Assembly (NCBI GenBank): GCA_012295275.1
Contig: CM022667.1
Span: 10,664,001-10,728,000 of the forward strand
Reading direction: 5' to 3'
Source of the DNA: Chrysomallon squamiferum
Lineage: Eukaryota > Animalia > Mollusca
DNA length: 64,000 nucleotides
Within the stretch, counting starts at the first letter, position 1. Every line of letters starts with the position of its first letter. A model generated the notes under the pieces. That model saw nothing but the letters and a program-made list of their open reading frames with translations, did not search any database and was not told the DNA's origin. Position numbers and translations under genes: made by a program. This document shows positions 1 through 15,115 of this stretch, piece by piece.

Positions 1-1907
1 AGAAAGAAGGAAATGAATGAATAAATACATTAAACCAAAATAATAATAATAAAGTACAACACAAAACACCACAAAACAGTAAAACAAACAAAACAAAACA
101 AAAACAAAAAGAAAACCACCAGCATTTTATTATCACTCTGTCATATACCTAATCACATTTTCAACATTTCACTTTTAATTAATCTGTCATTCTCCGTATC
201 GTTAAGTTAATTAACCCTATCGGAAAACAAAACTCTCTGTAATAACGCATTTCGGTAAACATTCACAGTTGAGAAAACTTCACTGCCAAGATTTTCGTCT
301 GAAATAACTTCGTGATGTCATTATAATTCTGATCTTTTCACATTTTGCTCAACTTGGGATTGAGTAAGACTCATCAGAATATCGCCAAGGGAAAACCATG
401 TCATCAGGCTAGAAATGAATTGCTCATTTTTCCTCACAGAAAAAAAAAAAGACTTCATACTGGCCAAGGGCTTCTGCCAATAACCTCGCCTAAATCAAGT
501 CGGCTAAAAGTTGGCTTCCAAACGGTAATTGATACTATCAAAAACTAATATGAAGTTCAGAAGATGGGGCCTTCGCTGCCACATTTTCATTTCGGTTGGC
601 GTAAAATGTGTGCTTTGGGGAATATTATGTAGCTGTTGAGAAAGAAAATCATTTCAATGACTTACTGCGCTATTAATTGAATTGCCCCTCCTGTTCCTGG
701 TCATATCTTGGTGTGCGAACCTCCCTTCACTCTCCGCTTAATTGATAACTGAATTGTTTTCAAATTGATATTGTAACTTGACGTTGGAGGCAAAATTGTC
801 TCTAATTTTGAAAATTTCTTTTTTAAGTTGTTGTTTTTTTTTAATTTTTTTTTTTTTGTGATTTCACAATCTCATATATTATCGAATCTTTTCTTTCTGT
901 TATGCAAATTAAATTATACTTTTCACAATATTGTAACTACTCTGAGAAGATGAGTGAATTCTTAAAAAAACCACAAAAAAAAAAAAAACACCCAAGGAAT
1001 AATAGCGATTGTTGTAATGAATTTAAAAACAAAATGTAACAAAGAAAACAAACAAACAAATAAATAAATAAATAAAATTATCTCACTTTGTACTTTTATC
1101 TTTTACCCCCCAAAAAAAACACAACTAATTTAAGTGATTAAAAACAATTTTTAAAAAAATTAATAAATAAAACATTCTCTCCCCTCTGCAATCTGCCCAC
1201 TTTCAATTCCCTTCATCTCAAAAGAATTCTCAGTTCTGACAAATCTTTATCCTCGGTGCTAAAACCCAAAGTTCAGTCTCCATAATCAAATTTTGAATAT
1301 TAATAACCACTCAAGTTGGAGTTAATTGTCTTGCAGTCATTTGCTTTTAACCTTTTGTCTTGGCGGAATGGCGTGGAATTTTCTTCAACATCACTTTGTG
1401 AGAGTCGGATTTCATTTCTGTAATTCCCCGAGATTGAATGACATTAACCCCGTTCACACGAACCAACCCTGCATGATTTAATGTCCTTCAGAAAGTCCTT
1501 CACAGTCGCAAGATGACTCAAAACTGAAACTCAAAATGCGTTTTTTTTTTCGGTTTTTATTTTTTTTCATTTTGAGTGCATGAATATAACGTGTACAGAT
1601 TCTGAAAAAGAGAGACAGACTCCAAATTTGTTACTTTGAGCAGAAACACAAATTTATTCAATTTTTGTGTTTGTGAAAAGAATTTTTTTATTTAATTTTC
1701 TGAGAACTCAAAGTTGAGAACTCAAAAATGCTTTTTATAATTCTGAAGTAATAAACCGAAATTTGAAATTATTTGATTTTAAAATATTGGAAAGCAGAGT
1801 AAAATTGATTTTGATCATGATTAGTCAGTGCTGAAAAATAATAATAATAATAAATGTATATACTCTTCTCTCTCTCTCTATGTCTGTTTCTCTTTCTTTC
1901 TTTCTTT

Positions 1908-1910
<3 letters not shown>

Positions 1911-1994
<84 letters not shown>
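1911..1994. repeat. (CT)n microsatellite
   Basis: About 42 perfect CT units; the source of the SLSL/ERER ORFs at 1825-2152. Confidence 0.97.
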
Positions 1995-1998
<4 letters not shown>

Positions 1999-2202
1999 CA
2001 CACCCTTTCTTACTGTAACTCTCTCTCTGTCAGCCTGTCTCTCATCTTTCTTTGCTTTTTTTTTCTTCTTATTCTCACTTCTGTGTATCATCATTTTTAT
2101 TTTTAATAATTTACATAATATATATTTCTTCCAAACTTTTATTTCATTTTAATGTACATCAATGTGTGTGTATTTTCAAATAATGAACAATTGTCTTTTT
2201 AT

Positions 2203-2234
<32 letters not shown>

Positions 2235-2444
2235 CACTTTTCTTCACATATTTAATTTTATTCCTGTTTTATAACTTTCTGTTTTTCTCATTTTCGCTAC
2301 CTGACTCCAATTTTTATCTTTCTCAATGTGTTTTAATTGTAAAATGTTACACTTCTCGATACTAAAGTCACCACATATTGTGCATTCCAGTCCTGTTAAA
2401 TTGGCAATGAGAGCAGAGAGAGAAAGGCTTTGGCATTTATGACT

Positions 2445-2745
2445 GGAGGGGGGATTGTTCAGGTAGGGGGAGGACAAGGATGGACAAGGTACTGTGGGGT
2501 ATGGGGGAGAGAGTGATGGGCAAGGGGCAATAAGGGTATGGGGGAAAGTGACAGGCATGGGTTGTAGGTGAATGGAGGAATAGGTTGAGGGAAGAAGAAA
2601 GCCAGGGTAGGGGAAAAAGGAACACGCATGGTTAAATTGATGACAGGATGGGTGGAGGTAAGGGTAGGAAAGGATGGACAAGGGTAGGGGGTAGGAATAG
2701 GCAGTTGTTGGAAGAGGTGGGGAGGAGCAATGTCAGGGGTATGGA
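2445..2745 (+). repeat. G/purine-rich low-complexity tract
   Basis: Many GGG-GGGGG runs; AAGGATGGACAAGG occurs twice (about 2476 and 2670). Confidence 0.75.
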
Positions 2746-3587
2746 GAAGATATGAATAAAGAAGATGATGATATAAATAATGAAAAAAAAAATATAATAA
2801 TAAAAAAATATATATATATATACACACACAATATATAATTAACAAATCATGTAAAATGAAAATAAATAAACAAAAAATTAATACTAATAAATAAATTAAA
2901 ATTAATAAATTAAAAAAATTTAAAAAGATAAATAAAGTAATAAATTAGAAAAGACAAATAAATAATAGATAAAAGTAATACTTAATTGACACAAATAATA
3001 AAAAAGTATAATAAGTTGAGTAAAAAATAATACTTTTTAAATTAAAAGAGACTGAAAATTAATAAATAAAAAATTAATAAATTTAAAAATAAAATAAATA
3101 TAATTAAAGAATATCAGTTTATAAACGAATTACAATGGTAATAAATAATAAAATAAAATAAAAATAAAACCAAAATAAATGAAAAAAACACCCAAACAAT
3201 TAAATAGCAGTTTTAGAAACAAGAACAAAAATAAAGTAACAGAATTATATTTGTATTTTCTTACTGTTACATAAAACTAAAACTAAATATTTTTTGCATT
3301 AACTTTAATTACTGTCAATAAACACAAAACACAAACACTTCCCCTCTTCCCTCATCTAAAACCTCTCATTAAAAACTAAAACTCCAGTCTGACATTTAAA
3401 TTATCCTTTTAATTCTAAAAGGATATTTCGGAGAAAAAAAAAAGAAAAATGAAAAGAAAAAGAAAATAATAATAAAAAAATATTTCTGGCTAGGAAACTG
3501 GGGAAAAAAACTGAGAAATGATGATGATGATAATGATGATAAAAGAAATATGATAAAAAAAAGCAAGAAGAAACAAAACAAAACTGC

Positions 3588-3621
<34 letters not shown>

Positions 3622-5689
3622 GAAACATAATTAAAAAAACAATAAAAAATATGGAGAAGTGTAAACCTTAGTTATGACAGAGAAAACACTTCTGCTAATT
3701 CCTTCGCTCAGTTTGAACGCACAAACCACTCTCAGATTCAACACATGCAGTTGACATTTTTATTTACAACACCCATTTTTGCCATCATTTAAAAAAAAAA
3801 ATAAAAAATATTTTAGCTTGAGATAAAAATCATGTGTGGAACATCTTTGCTAGGCTTTTTTTTTCTTTTTCTTTTTAATGTTCTCATCTTGTTGGCAAAA
3901 ATACCAGCTGCAAAATTATCACAATTATTACAAATAATGCAAACAATCTATCACAAGTTGACTGTTCTGGGGGCTAAATAAAGTGTCAGTGTCTGAGGAC
4001 CAGTCTATCAGCTTTTCTCCAGTGTTTTATTATAACCATGTTCTGTGCAGTTACAGAGAGAAAAAAAACACAGGTTCTCTTCTGATTCATAGTAGATTCC
4101 TCGCTTTATTTGATTTATGTGCATGTTTGTTTTACTTCATTCTGAATTTAAAAGTAAATAAATAGAAAATTATTTTGATGGGCTATTTGTTTAGTAGAAT
4201 TATGTTGTTGTTTTGGGGTTTTTGAGTAAGCATCTTTGTATTTTATTCTTTTTAAATTTTGTTTCTTTCAATTATTGTTGGTATTGCTGTGGTGGTTGTT
4301 GTTTTTCTCACCAACATCGATTTTTTATTAGTATTATTATTAGTATTATTTCTTTATTTATTTTTTTTATTCTTTTCATATATTTAATTTGTTTAATTTT
4401 ATTATTTTATTTATTTATTTATTTATTTGGTTATAAAGATTTCAGTTTTATTTTTGTATTTTAATTTTGTTTTATTTTTATTTATTATTTTTCATTATTT
4501 ATTACCCACTACTGTATACAATGGGAGCTTTGGTTTGATTTTAAATTACATATTTCTTATATAAAATAAAAACAAAAATACACTGTAAACATAATGTATC
4601 TATTTAAATGTATTTTTCATTTTTTTTTTTTTTTTTTTTTTAAAAACTCTTAGTGTGAAAAATGTGTGATAAACACTGATAACAAAAATATAATAAATAT
4701 ATATCTTTTAATAAATTATTTATTTAATTTACCATTATCTTTTAATTAAAATAAAATCTTTGTTTTTTAAATTTAAAATATTTTACTTAGTTTAAAACAT
4801 TTTTTTTTATTTCCTTTTATCTTCTCTTTTTAGCAAGTTTTATCTTCTTTTTTTTTAATTCATTACAATCTTTTTTTTTTCACGATTTTTTATTTAATTT
4901 TTCATTCATTTTTTTTGCATCATTTTTAATTCTTTAATTTTCTCTCTTTCATTTTTCTTTTTTTGGTGGTTTTTTTTTTCTCTCACCCCTACCTGTGTTC
5001 ACTCAAACTCGATTATCATTTAGAAGCATTCATCAATGACATTTTTTTTTTCTTTCTGTTAAGTGTGAGGTAATCCTGAGTTATTGTGTAAAACATACAG
5101 GTTTGCAAATTGGATTAAATGTGCGGAGCAGACTCAAACACTTGGATATGTTAACTGATGGCCAATTTCTAAATTTATTCTGTCAGAAGAAGAAAAAAAA
5201 AAAGGTTTGCTAGTAGACTATTTTTTTTTTTTTTTTTTTTAATTTAAAAAAAAATATTTTTTTTTTATTTTTATTTATATATATCTTTTTTTTATCGTGG
5301 TGACAATATAGTTGCTTTTGAAAGTTTGTTCACAGAAGGTGTGGATTGTGGTTGTGGTGGTTTGTGCAGTGGTTGTAGTGATGGTGGAGATTCTGTTCAT
5401 TTCGGTTGTTGTTGTTGTGCTTTTATAGATAGATGTTAAAGTCATATATACATACGTACGTACATATATAGAAACAGACATGCTTACCTATACAGATACA
5501 CACATATATACAAACATACAAATATGAAAATATATATATATATATATATACACATACTTATTTAAACACACACATATTTAACACAATGTAAAAACACAAG
5601 TATGTCTAGAGATAAAATAATAATCATATTTCTTTTCCTAATATTTTATTGTAATATTTTAATATTAACATTTCATGGTCGTGCTGATA

Positions 5690-6000
5690 CAAATCTAACA
5701 CATTTTGTCTGCTGTTCACATGACAGTTATTGTAAAATGATTAAAGATGACAGCGTTGTTTATGAGATCAGCCAACGATGTCCATGTTGATGTTGATTAC
5801 TCCTCATGACAACTGCACTGTGCCGATAACACTGACAGCCAAACGACATCATCGCTGTTTCATAGCTGACTACCGCAACTGACACCGCGCGATGATGTTG
5901 ATGTTGATAATACTGATAGCCACACCGCAGCTTCGTTATTCCGCAGTCATCGACTACAACAGCATGTGACAAATGCACAAATCACTTGTTTGCCAATGTT
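5690..6000. promoter_or_regulatory. CpG-retaining complex island with internal repeats; candidate cis-regulatory element or structured RNA
   Basis: GATAA(C/T)ACTGA(C/T)AGCCA twice, ATGTTGATGTTGAT twice, an ACATCATCGC/GCGATGATGT inverted pair and several TGACAG. Confidence 0.4.
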
Positions 6001-6664
6001 GCTCCGAGCAAAATTGGGTTAAACACAGTTAATGACCTGTGTGCATACAGACTGCTCATCAGATGTTGTAGTCACACATTTTGAAATATCTTAAAAAAAA
6101 AAAAAAAACACAGAAAAAAAATTATATTATTTAAAAAAAAAAAAAAGATTATTTCAGATCATCGAATCCACGATGAAACTTTGTCAAGAGTCGTTAACAT
6201 CGACGCGAAATCATTTCTCCGAACTTCGGCTGACAATTCCGTCGCCTGATATTCATAACGTATTTCGCGAAGAAGAAGAAGAAGAAAAATCAATTTGCTT
6301 CATATAACAGATCAGACAGGGTCAGCGAATCTTGGCCCTTTGTGTTGACGAGGTTGTGTTAATTAGTTTATGCTCAATATCATTCTCACAGAGGGAATTT
6401 GTCGCTCGAACTGAAAGGGAAAGAACATCCGTTACTGAGCCCAGGGCCGGGAGAAGTCAGCTTCATCATTTTATTGCATAAATCAAAGACGGTTTTACTA
6501 AAAAGTAATAGAAGATTATTAAATGATTTTTTTTTTTTGTTTTTTTTTTGTTAGGAGAGTATTGTTTTGGGTGGGGTTTTTTTCTGGTAGAGGTGGGTTA
6601 AAAGAAATAGTTTTTGAGATTTATTTATTTTATTTGTGTTTCTGTTGTTATTTGTTATTTGTTA

Positions 6665-6713
<49 letters not shown>

Positions 6714-6939
6714 CAAAAAGGAAATACATTTTTTTTCTTTTTTTCCAGTGGATTGATGGGGGATGGGGGATTTCTGTGTGTGAAATTTGTTTTACAAAGA
6801 ATGATTTTTATTTATTTATTTATTTAATTTGTTGTCTTGAAATGAATCTAAAATCTGATTTTTTTTTTATTTATCTCTTTTTCTCTGTCTTTTCATCCAT
6901 CTTTGCTATCATTCTTTCGTTTTCCTCTGTCTTATTTTT

Positions 6940-6943
<4 letters not shown>

Positions 6944-7014
<71 letters not shown>
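6944..7014. repeat. (CT)n microsatellite
   Basis: Perfect CT run followed by a degenerate pyrimidine tract. Confidence 0.95.
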
Positions 7015-7016
<2 letters not shown>

Positions 7017-7667
7017 CCTCTCTCTTCCCCTCTCCCTCTCCTTTCTGTTTCTCTCTCTCTCTTTCAATGTCTCCAATTTTCTTTCTCTCTTTACCTCTCT
7101 GTCTCTGTCTCTCTCTCTCTTTTTTTTTCCTGGCCAACAAATGACAGCAAGCTTTGGCAAGAATTGCACCATTTTTCTTTAAGAAAATAATCCCAGACAG
7201 TTTTGACTGAATGAATTAATGTACAATGATAAAAGTGTGAGGGGCTGAGAAGGGGATCATGAGACTTTATGCCGTAATGAAATTGGAATCAGTGGCGGCT
7301 TTGGAAGTAGGAGAAAAATAAATTTGCTTCTGCTATGGCAAACTTGGAATAAATGGCATTAGTTATTACTCGGGCTTTGCGGCTGGCATAATCAGGTTTT
7401 TCATAAGTCCAGCTGAAAGTCTTTCGTGTCAGAAAGAATTTGACATTTTTGAATTTAGTCGGCGTGAAGTGGTTTCTCGTCAAACTCTCGATGAGTTATC
7501 GATGGGTGGAAAATAGAAGAGTTTTTTTTTTTTAGAAATATTTCTTGCTGTTTTTTTGTTTTGTTTTGTTTTTTAAAAATTATTATTGGCAGTTTGGTTT
7601 TGTCCCTTTCCAGCAAAGTTTTAGCATATTTTTGGCAAGCCAGAGCTTGTTGTCATTTACTGATGAG

Positions 7668-7796
<129 letters not shown>

Positions 7797-7843
7797 GGGG
7801 TTTTTCTTTACTCTGTTTTACAAACTTTCTGTCTTTGTTCTCT

Positions 7844-8161
<318 letters not shown>

Positions 8162-8884
8162 AAATTATAACAAAGCAGAAAACAGGAAAAGAAATAACTA
8201 ACCTGACAAGTGATAGATTTGTAAACACAAATTTCTTTCATTCTTTAACTGATTAATTAGTTTACTTTCGCTGCCTTTAATCTAACAACAACAACAAAAA
8301 TAAACAAATAAAATAAGAAAAAAAATGAAAAAAGAAGAAAAATGGTTTGCTAAAAGGAATGACGAGTGTTTGAGCATGCTGGAATGTCTATGACATCTGT
8401 CTGTCTGTCTGTCTGTCAGTGTGTTATTGTCATTGTTAAAATGTGAGATACCAGAGTTATGCATACTTCTTGATTTTCTATCTCCAGTCACATTAACTCC
8501 TGACACTCTCTTGTTTTCTGTGATTACATGTCATGTTTTGAGGGTTTTTTTTTTTTTTTTTTCACTAATCTTTTCTGTCTTTTTTTCTTTCTTCTTTTTA
8601 TATCTTTTCATCACTCTTCTTTCATTCTTCTCTCTCTTTGTCAATTCATCTTTCTTTCTCTCTCTTCTTTTTTCATCCTCTCTTTTTTCACATTTCTTTA
8701 CCACAAATTGTGCTGATTGAATCTATGCACATTAAAATAATTTTGAGGCATTAATAATATAAACATTACAAACAAATATTAAAAGAAAAAAATTAAAATG
8801 ATATCAATAAATTGAAGTATATATTTCAATGTATAAATAAATTAAATTGAAAATTTGAAAAAATATAAGTTTATTATTTTTGAA

Positions 8885-8916
<32 letters not shown>

Positions 8917-9766
8917 TTATTTTATTTTTTTTTAGTAAGATGTATAAAAAAATGCATAAAATAAAACGTAAAAAACATTTCAGTTATAACCTATTCTTTT
9001 ACAAAAATCTTTTTACTTTATTTTTTTTCTTCTCTATATCTCTCTCTCTCTCTCAAATTTAGTATAATAAAGAAATTCATTACGTTCATTTCAAAGAATT
9101 CCAGGAAACCGACATCATCGCTACAAATGGTCGACGTCAAGTACGTCTCTGTACATCAACTACGCCAACTCCCGTTCGCACTCCAAACAATTTATCATAG
9201 ATACGGAGGTAATTACAGCTAGGAAATTCAATATTTCGTCTTCTCGTAGAATCATTGAAGAAACCGTTCCAATTATTTATAAATTATGCATCAATTTTTT
9301 GAGTATTGAATTAAGCCAACGTCCACCAGGCTACGACACAAACACATACTAAATCATATTAGCAACCCAGCTTTTCTTGTAGCCGTCTTCATCGCCGATG
9401 TTGTCACAACCTTGGGGCCATCTTTATTGTGAAGACTTCATGCATATGTTATAATTCAACAAAAGGGATGACACTTTCAATTGACACGTTTTTTTTTTTT
9501 TTTTTTTTTTTTTTTTTGTTGTTCATTTTTGAAAGAAGATTTAACAGAATGGGGTAATCTTTTAGAAAGGCTAGGGTTGTGGTAATTAAATTTGTGATAG
9601 TGTTAAGAATGAACATTTCAATTACGCAGGTCAAGTTTTTCTGTTGAGGAAACATTACCGGGTGATACATCTTTTGAAAGTTTCAATTTTTGATAGTATC
9701 AGATTTTTAAAAATTTTATTTCTGCTGTAGTCTTTAAGTAAATAATGCATTTAGAAATGACTTTGT

Positions 9767-9797
<31 letters not shown>

Positions 9798-10426
9798 AAG
9801 ACGTAAGCTCATTGCAAATAAAATAGACAAGTAATACACTAATATACATATGTATATGTTTATACACACAAACACAGATATTCACATATATATATATATA
9901 TATATAAATACGCATATCCACATACATATATATATGTGTATATATACATACACATACATACATACATCTTGCTTATAACTTTTGTTTATATATTTTTACA
10001 GAGATGGAGAAAGAGAGAAAAGAAAAAGAAAATAACACATTTAATTACTTAAAGTAATTCAAATATTATGGATCTCCAAAATATTTTATAATTTAAAAAT
10101 AAAATCATGTATTTTAAACTGAAATGTTTATTTGATGATGATGATGATGATGATAAATAAGTAAATAAATAAATTTAAAAATAAAAAATTTAAACAAAAT
10201 TTCATTTGATTAATATCATAATATGATGTTAAAAAAATCCCAACAAATATCACAATTCAAAACAAAAATTTAAAATAAATTCTTGAATTAATAATATAAT
10301 AATAAATAAATAAATAAATTCATTTTATTAAAAGTTTAATAAAAAAAAAAAAAAAAAAAAATACAAAGATTAAAATAAAAACCAATGATCAGTATATCAG
10401 AATTTTATTAATATATGAAAATGTAA

Positions 10427-10461
<35 letters not shown>

Positions 10462-10659
10462 TAATTAAATAAATAATCCTGAAAAAAAAAACAACAACAT
10501 TTATATCTTAAGCCTTTGAAAAAAATCATATAGTTTTTATAAATAAAATTTAATTATAACTTTTTCACAAATTGTTTAATGAAAGGAACAAAAATTGTAG
10601 AAAAAAAAAAGTGTAATAACAATTATTATTTTGCTAAAAAGTCAAAATCCTAAAATTTT

Positions 10660-11030
10660 ATAGGCTAATAATATATTATACTTCAACACTAAGTCAATTT
10701 GCTTACTTCAGATTTAATACAAAAACTAATCATTTATTTTTAATATGAAACAAAATAAAAAAAAGAAATAACAACATTATTTTAAAACTAAAAATATATT
10801 TCAGACACTAAATAAATTATTCAAGAAACCCTCAAAAAAAAAAAATGAAAACTAATTATGTATTTCAAGAAAAATAAAATAAAATAAATAAATAAGTGAA
10901 AAAATAAATGTTAAAAAAATTGTAAAACTAATAATATATTTTAAATGAAACAAAATGATTTATAAGACTAAAAAAAAGCTTTAAATAATAATGTAAAATC
11001 TAGTTATATATTTGAAACCTAAGCAGAATA
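10660..11030. repeat. Highly degenerate AT-rich minisatellite (about 60-75 bp period)
   Basis: Recurring AAAACTAAT(A)ATATATTT-like core near 10665, 10722, 10784, 10848, 10924 and 10995. Confidence 0.45.
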
Positions 11031-11589
11031 ATTTATTTGATTTGAAAAAAAAAAAAAAAAAAAAAAAAAATGAAAAACCACATTAAGAATGTTAATACAA
11101 ATCATATATGTCAAACCAAAATCATTTACCTAATAGTAAAAAATAAAACAGAAAAAAAAAAAAAAAAAAATGATTAAAAATTAAAAAATAAATTAACCTG
11201 AGGGAAAAATAAAAAAAAAATTTGCAAACTGTCACATTAACTGATATGTATTTCAAATTGACAATCATCGTTTTTTTTTTTCTTCCAATTGTTTCCAAAA
11301 TTCTGCTACAAAAGTGGAGAAAATAACATAAAAAACTGAAAAAGAGAAACTTAATTTCTTAACCTCGTAATCCATTTTGAAAATTAGATAATTATGTTGC
11401 GTGAATTTCATCTTATCACTTCTAATAGATACTCACAAATGGATGAGCGAAAAAAAAAAAAATTTAATTTCCCATCTTACTCTGTAATAAAACTGTGCGT
11501 TATGTTAAAAAAAAAAAAAAAAATGAACAGCTCTTGAAATTAAAATGGAGCATGTGACAAATTTAGTGTTCTGTTTTATATTCGGAGGC

Positions 11590-11857
11590 AATTTTCTGGC
11601 AAACCTATCAACAATTTTATTCTTTTTCAATTAAAAAAAAAAAAATAATAATAACAATTTTTTTTTTTTTACAGATTTAAGTTTGATGTAAATTTAAATT
11701 TAAATTTTGATGTAGTATATACAAAAATTTCTGGCAAACCTATCAACTATTTAATTCTTTTTTAAGTATTAAAAAAAAAAATAATGAATTTTTTTTTTTT
11801 TTTTTTACAGATATAAGTTTGATGTGAATTTAAATAAAAATTTTGATGTAGTATATA
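11590..11857. repeat. Tandem duplication, 135-bp unit x2
   Basis: TTTCTGGCAAACCTATCAAC...TTTTTACAGAT(T/A)TAAGTTTGATGT...AAATTTTGATGTAGTATATA repeated; CTGGC at 11596 and 11731. Confidence 0.9.
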
Positions 11858-11994
11858 AAGATTTGCACTCTTTTGATTTCAAAAACAAAAATAGATGTTT
11901 TATTATTTCAGTTATTGATAACCATATTAAAATGTTGATCTTTTTGAAAACAATAAATACACACTAAAAGTTTAGACCTGAAATTTTATATATA

Positions 11995-12220
11995 TATATC
12001 TAAAATTGATCTATCTATCTCTATTTATAGTCATGCATGTGTAAGTATATGTATGTTTATGTATATATATATTTCATATCTAAAATTGATCTATCTATCT
12101 CTATATACAGTCATGCATGTGTATGTGTATGTATGTATATGTATATACATATTTCATATCTAAAATTGATCTATCTACCTATATATATAGTTATACATGT
12201 GTGTGTGTGTGTGTGTGTAT
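11995..12220. repeat. Tandem repeat, 80-bp unit x about 3
   Basis: TAAAATTGATCTATCTA at 12001, 12081 and 12161. Confidence 0.92.
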
Positions 12221-12922
12221 GTAAATAGTTTATCAGAAAAGGTTTCACCCAAGAATGGATGGATTCAGTGTAAGTCTTTCTCATAGTATCAGTTGGTCTT
12301 GCTACTTTATTTCCCAATCCAACCAAAGCTATCTGACATGTGCTTTACTATTTGTGATTCATATTGTATTGATTGTGAATGTTTGATAAGTTAGATCTCA
12401 TATTATATTGATTGGTCTGTCTGCCTGTATGTTATTTATTCCATCTTTATTTCTTCATTTTATTTTTTGTTTATTTTTTCTTCCTATCTTTTTTCTCCAT
12501 CTTTGTTACCACATCAAAAAATTATTTTTGTATATTTACATTTCTTTTTTTTTTTTTCTTATCTGCCTGCCTGTCTGTCTGTCTGTCTGTCTGTCTCTTT
12601 ATCTATCCATCTTCATCCACTGATCCATCCCACCTATCTGTCTCTTTCCTTCATTTCTTTCATCTTTCTTTTCTCCCTTTTTTCCCTATCCCTTTCTCAC
12701 CATCTTTCCCTAGCCCTCTTTCTTCCTCTTTCCCTCTTTCTCTCTTTCTGAACACCTCTGCCCTTTTTCCACTGTTTTGACTGACTGTTTCTTTTACATA
12801 TTGTAAAAATACGTCTTCACAATCGGCTCTGGTTCTTTTCCATTCAGACAATTACAGGTCTTCATCTCAGGCTCTCCTATTCGTCATTTCCACTGATTTC
12901 AAGCACAGCAGCTTTTCCCAAG

Positions 12923-12960
<38 letters not shown>

Positions 12961-14537
12961 GTACCACAGTAGACACTCATAATCAATGTAATCTCCCCCA
13001 AAAACTGGCCAAGATGATGCTTTCTCCTTTACATTATTTCCACATAATTCCAGTGGTCACTGGGGAATGAATGAGGCTTCTGTTGGGGGTTGGTGTGTGT
13101 GTGTGTGTAAAGGACCTTATTGCAAGAAGTGATGGCATGCAAGACATCTTGCTTCTCATCGTGTAATTATGCCTCGTTTCTGCGACCATCTATCAAAAGA
13201 GTAAAGATAATGGGAGGAAAAAGGTGGCAATTTATACGACAAAATAGAATTTTCTTCACCGTTGCTTGCATGTGGTAACGCAATTTTGTGAGTGTGTGTG
13301 TGCGATGTTTGAGATTTCCATCCCTTCCAGCCTTTTCATTGTCTTTGGCGGTAAAGCTGTTATTAACATATTGAAGGATTTGGAGGAAAAAAAAAACCCC
13401 TACAAAACAACATGAAAGGATGTGATGTAAAATGGCTTTGTAATAATTTACTTTTGTGTATGAGTAAATATGTATGGCTGTTTATGTGTGATTATGTTTC
13501 AATGTAAATATGTGTCTTTGTGTGCATGTGTTTGTGTATATTTGTGTGTGTGTGTGTTTTTGTGTGAGTATCTGAGTGTATGAAGAGGTTTGAGTTTACA
13601 TGTGTTTGTCTCTGTGTGTTAAAAAGAAATGAGCTTTAAACGTGATATGCAAGTATGAGTGTACTAGTTCAATCTGTTAATGTATGTTAAGTAGGAGCGT
13701 TTATGTATATGATTGTATCAAAAAATTATATATGGGCCTGTATCTCTCTTTCTCTTTATCTCTGTATCTTTCTTTCTTTCTCTCTCTCTCTCTCTCTGTG
13801 TATGTAATTTATATGTGTCTAGGTTTATAACATTACACTAATTTGAATGTGACAGTGTGTAAATGTAAGTCTGAAAATGATGCATGAGTGAGGTTTATCC
13901 TGATCCACTCATTACAACAATGTCCATCCATCTTTCTTTCCAGATCTAAGTACTGCTTTCTCTAATATGTTTACTCCTCAGATCCTATCCAACAATCTGT
14001 TTGTTCATATGTGTCTATCCACTGATCTGTCAATGTGCTTCTTAAGTTGACATTTATCCATCTATCTGTTTCTCCATACAAACATACATACATATATACA
14101 TACATATATACATACATATATACACACACACACACACACATACTAATCACTCTGTCCTCCTTATCTGTCCATCCAATCTATCCATCCAGCCTTCAATGCA
14201 ATATTTCTGTATTTCTTGATCCATGCATCCATCCATCCATCCATCCTTCCATCTGTGTTTCCAGTGTATTCCTATTCAGATGGTGTTTTTCTCTGACAAG
14301 TGGTCTTTTGACTTGATCCCTCGGCTGTTGTCTGTGTAAAAGCTCTATATTTTTGGATTATAACATTACCCATCATTAATTTCATCTGAAAGGCTTTCTC
14401 CTCTCTAGATTGATTGGCGTCAAAGGATCCATATTTTGGGTTAAAAAGCCGAAAGAGTTATAACGTAATGCATGCAATCACATGTTCCATCAGAGAGAGT
14501 CGCGGGTACTTTGTGTCAGCCAGCAGCTTGGTGTTTG

Positions 14538-15115
<578 letters not shown>

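Noticed and set aside
5760-5978. 72-aa minus-strand ORF in a complex island
   Set aside because: No recognisable domain or splice context; better explained by the repeated GATGTT motifs
9404-9425. TCACAACCT matches the 5' end of miR-67/307
   Set aside because: The remainder does not match the mature sequence as I recall it, and there is no upstream complementary arm
9800-13640. Possible nested inverted match (AAGCTCATT/AATGAGCTT and CAGATATTCACA/TGTGAGTATCTG) inside the 10-kb inverted repeat
   Set aside because: Only two short words in CA/TG-rich sequence; the intervening bases do not align
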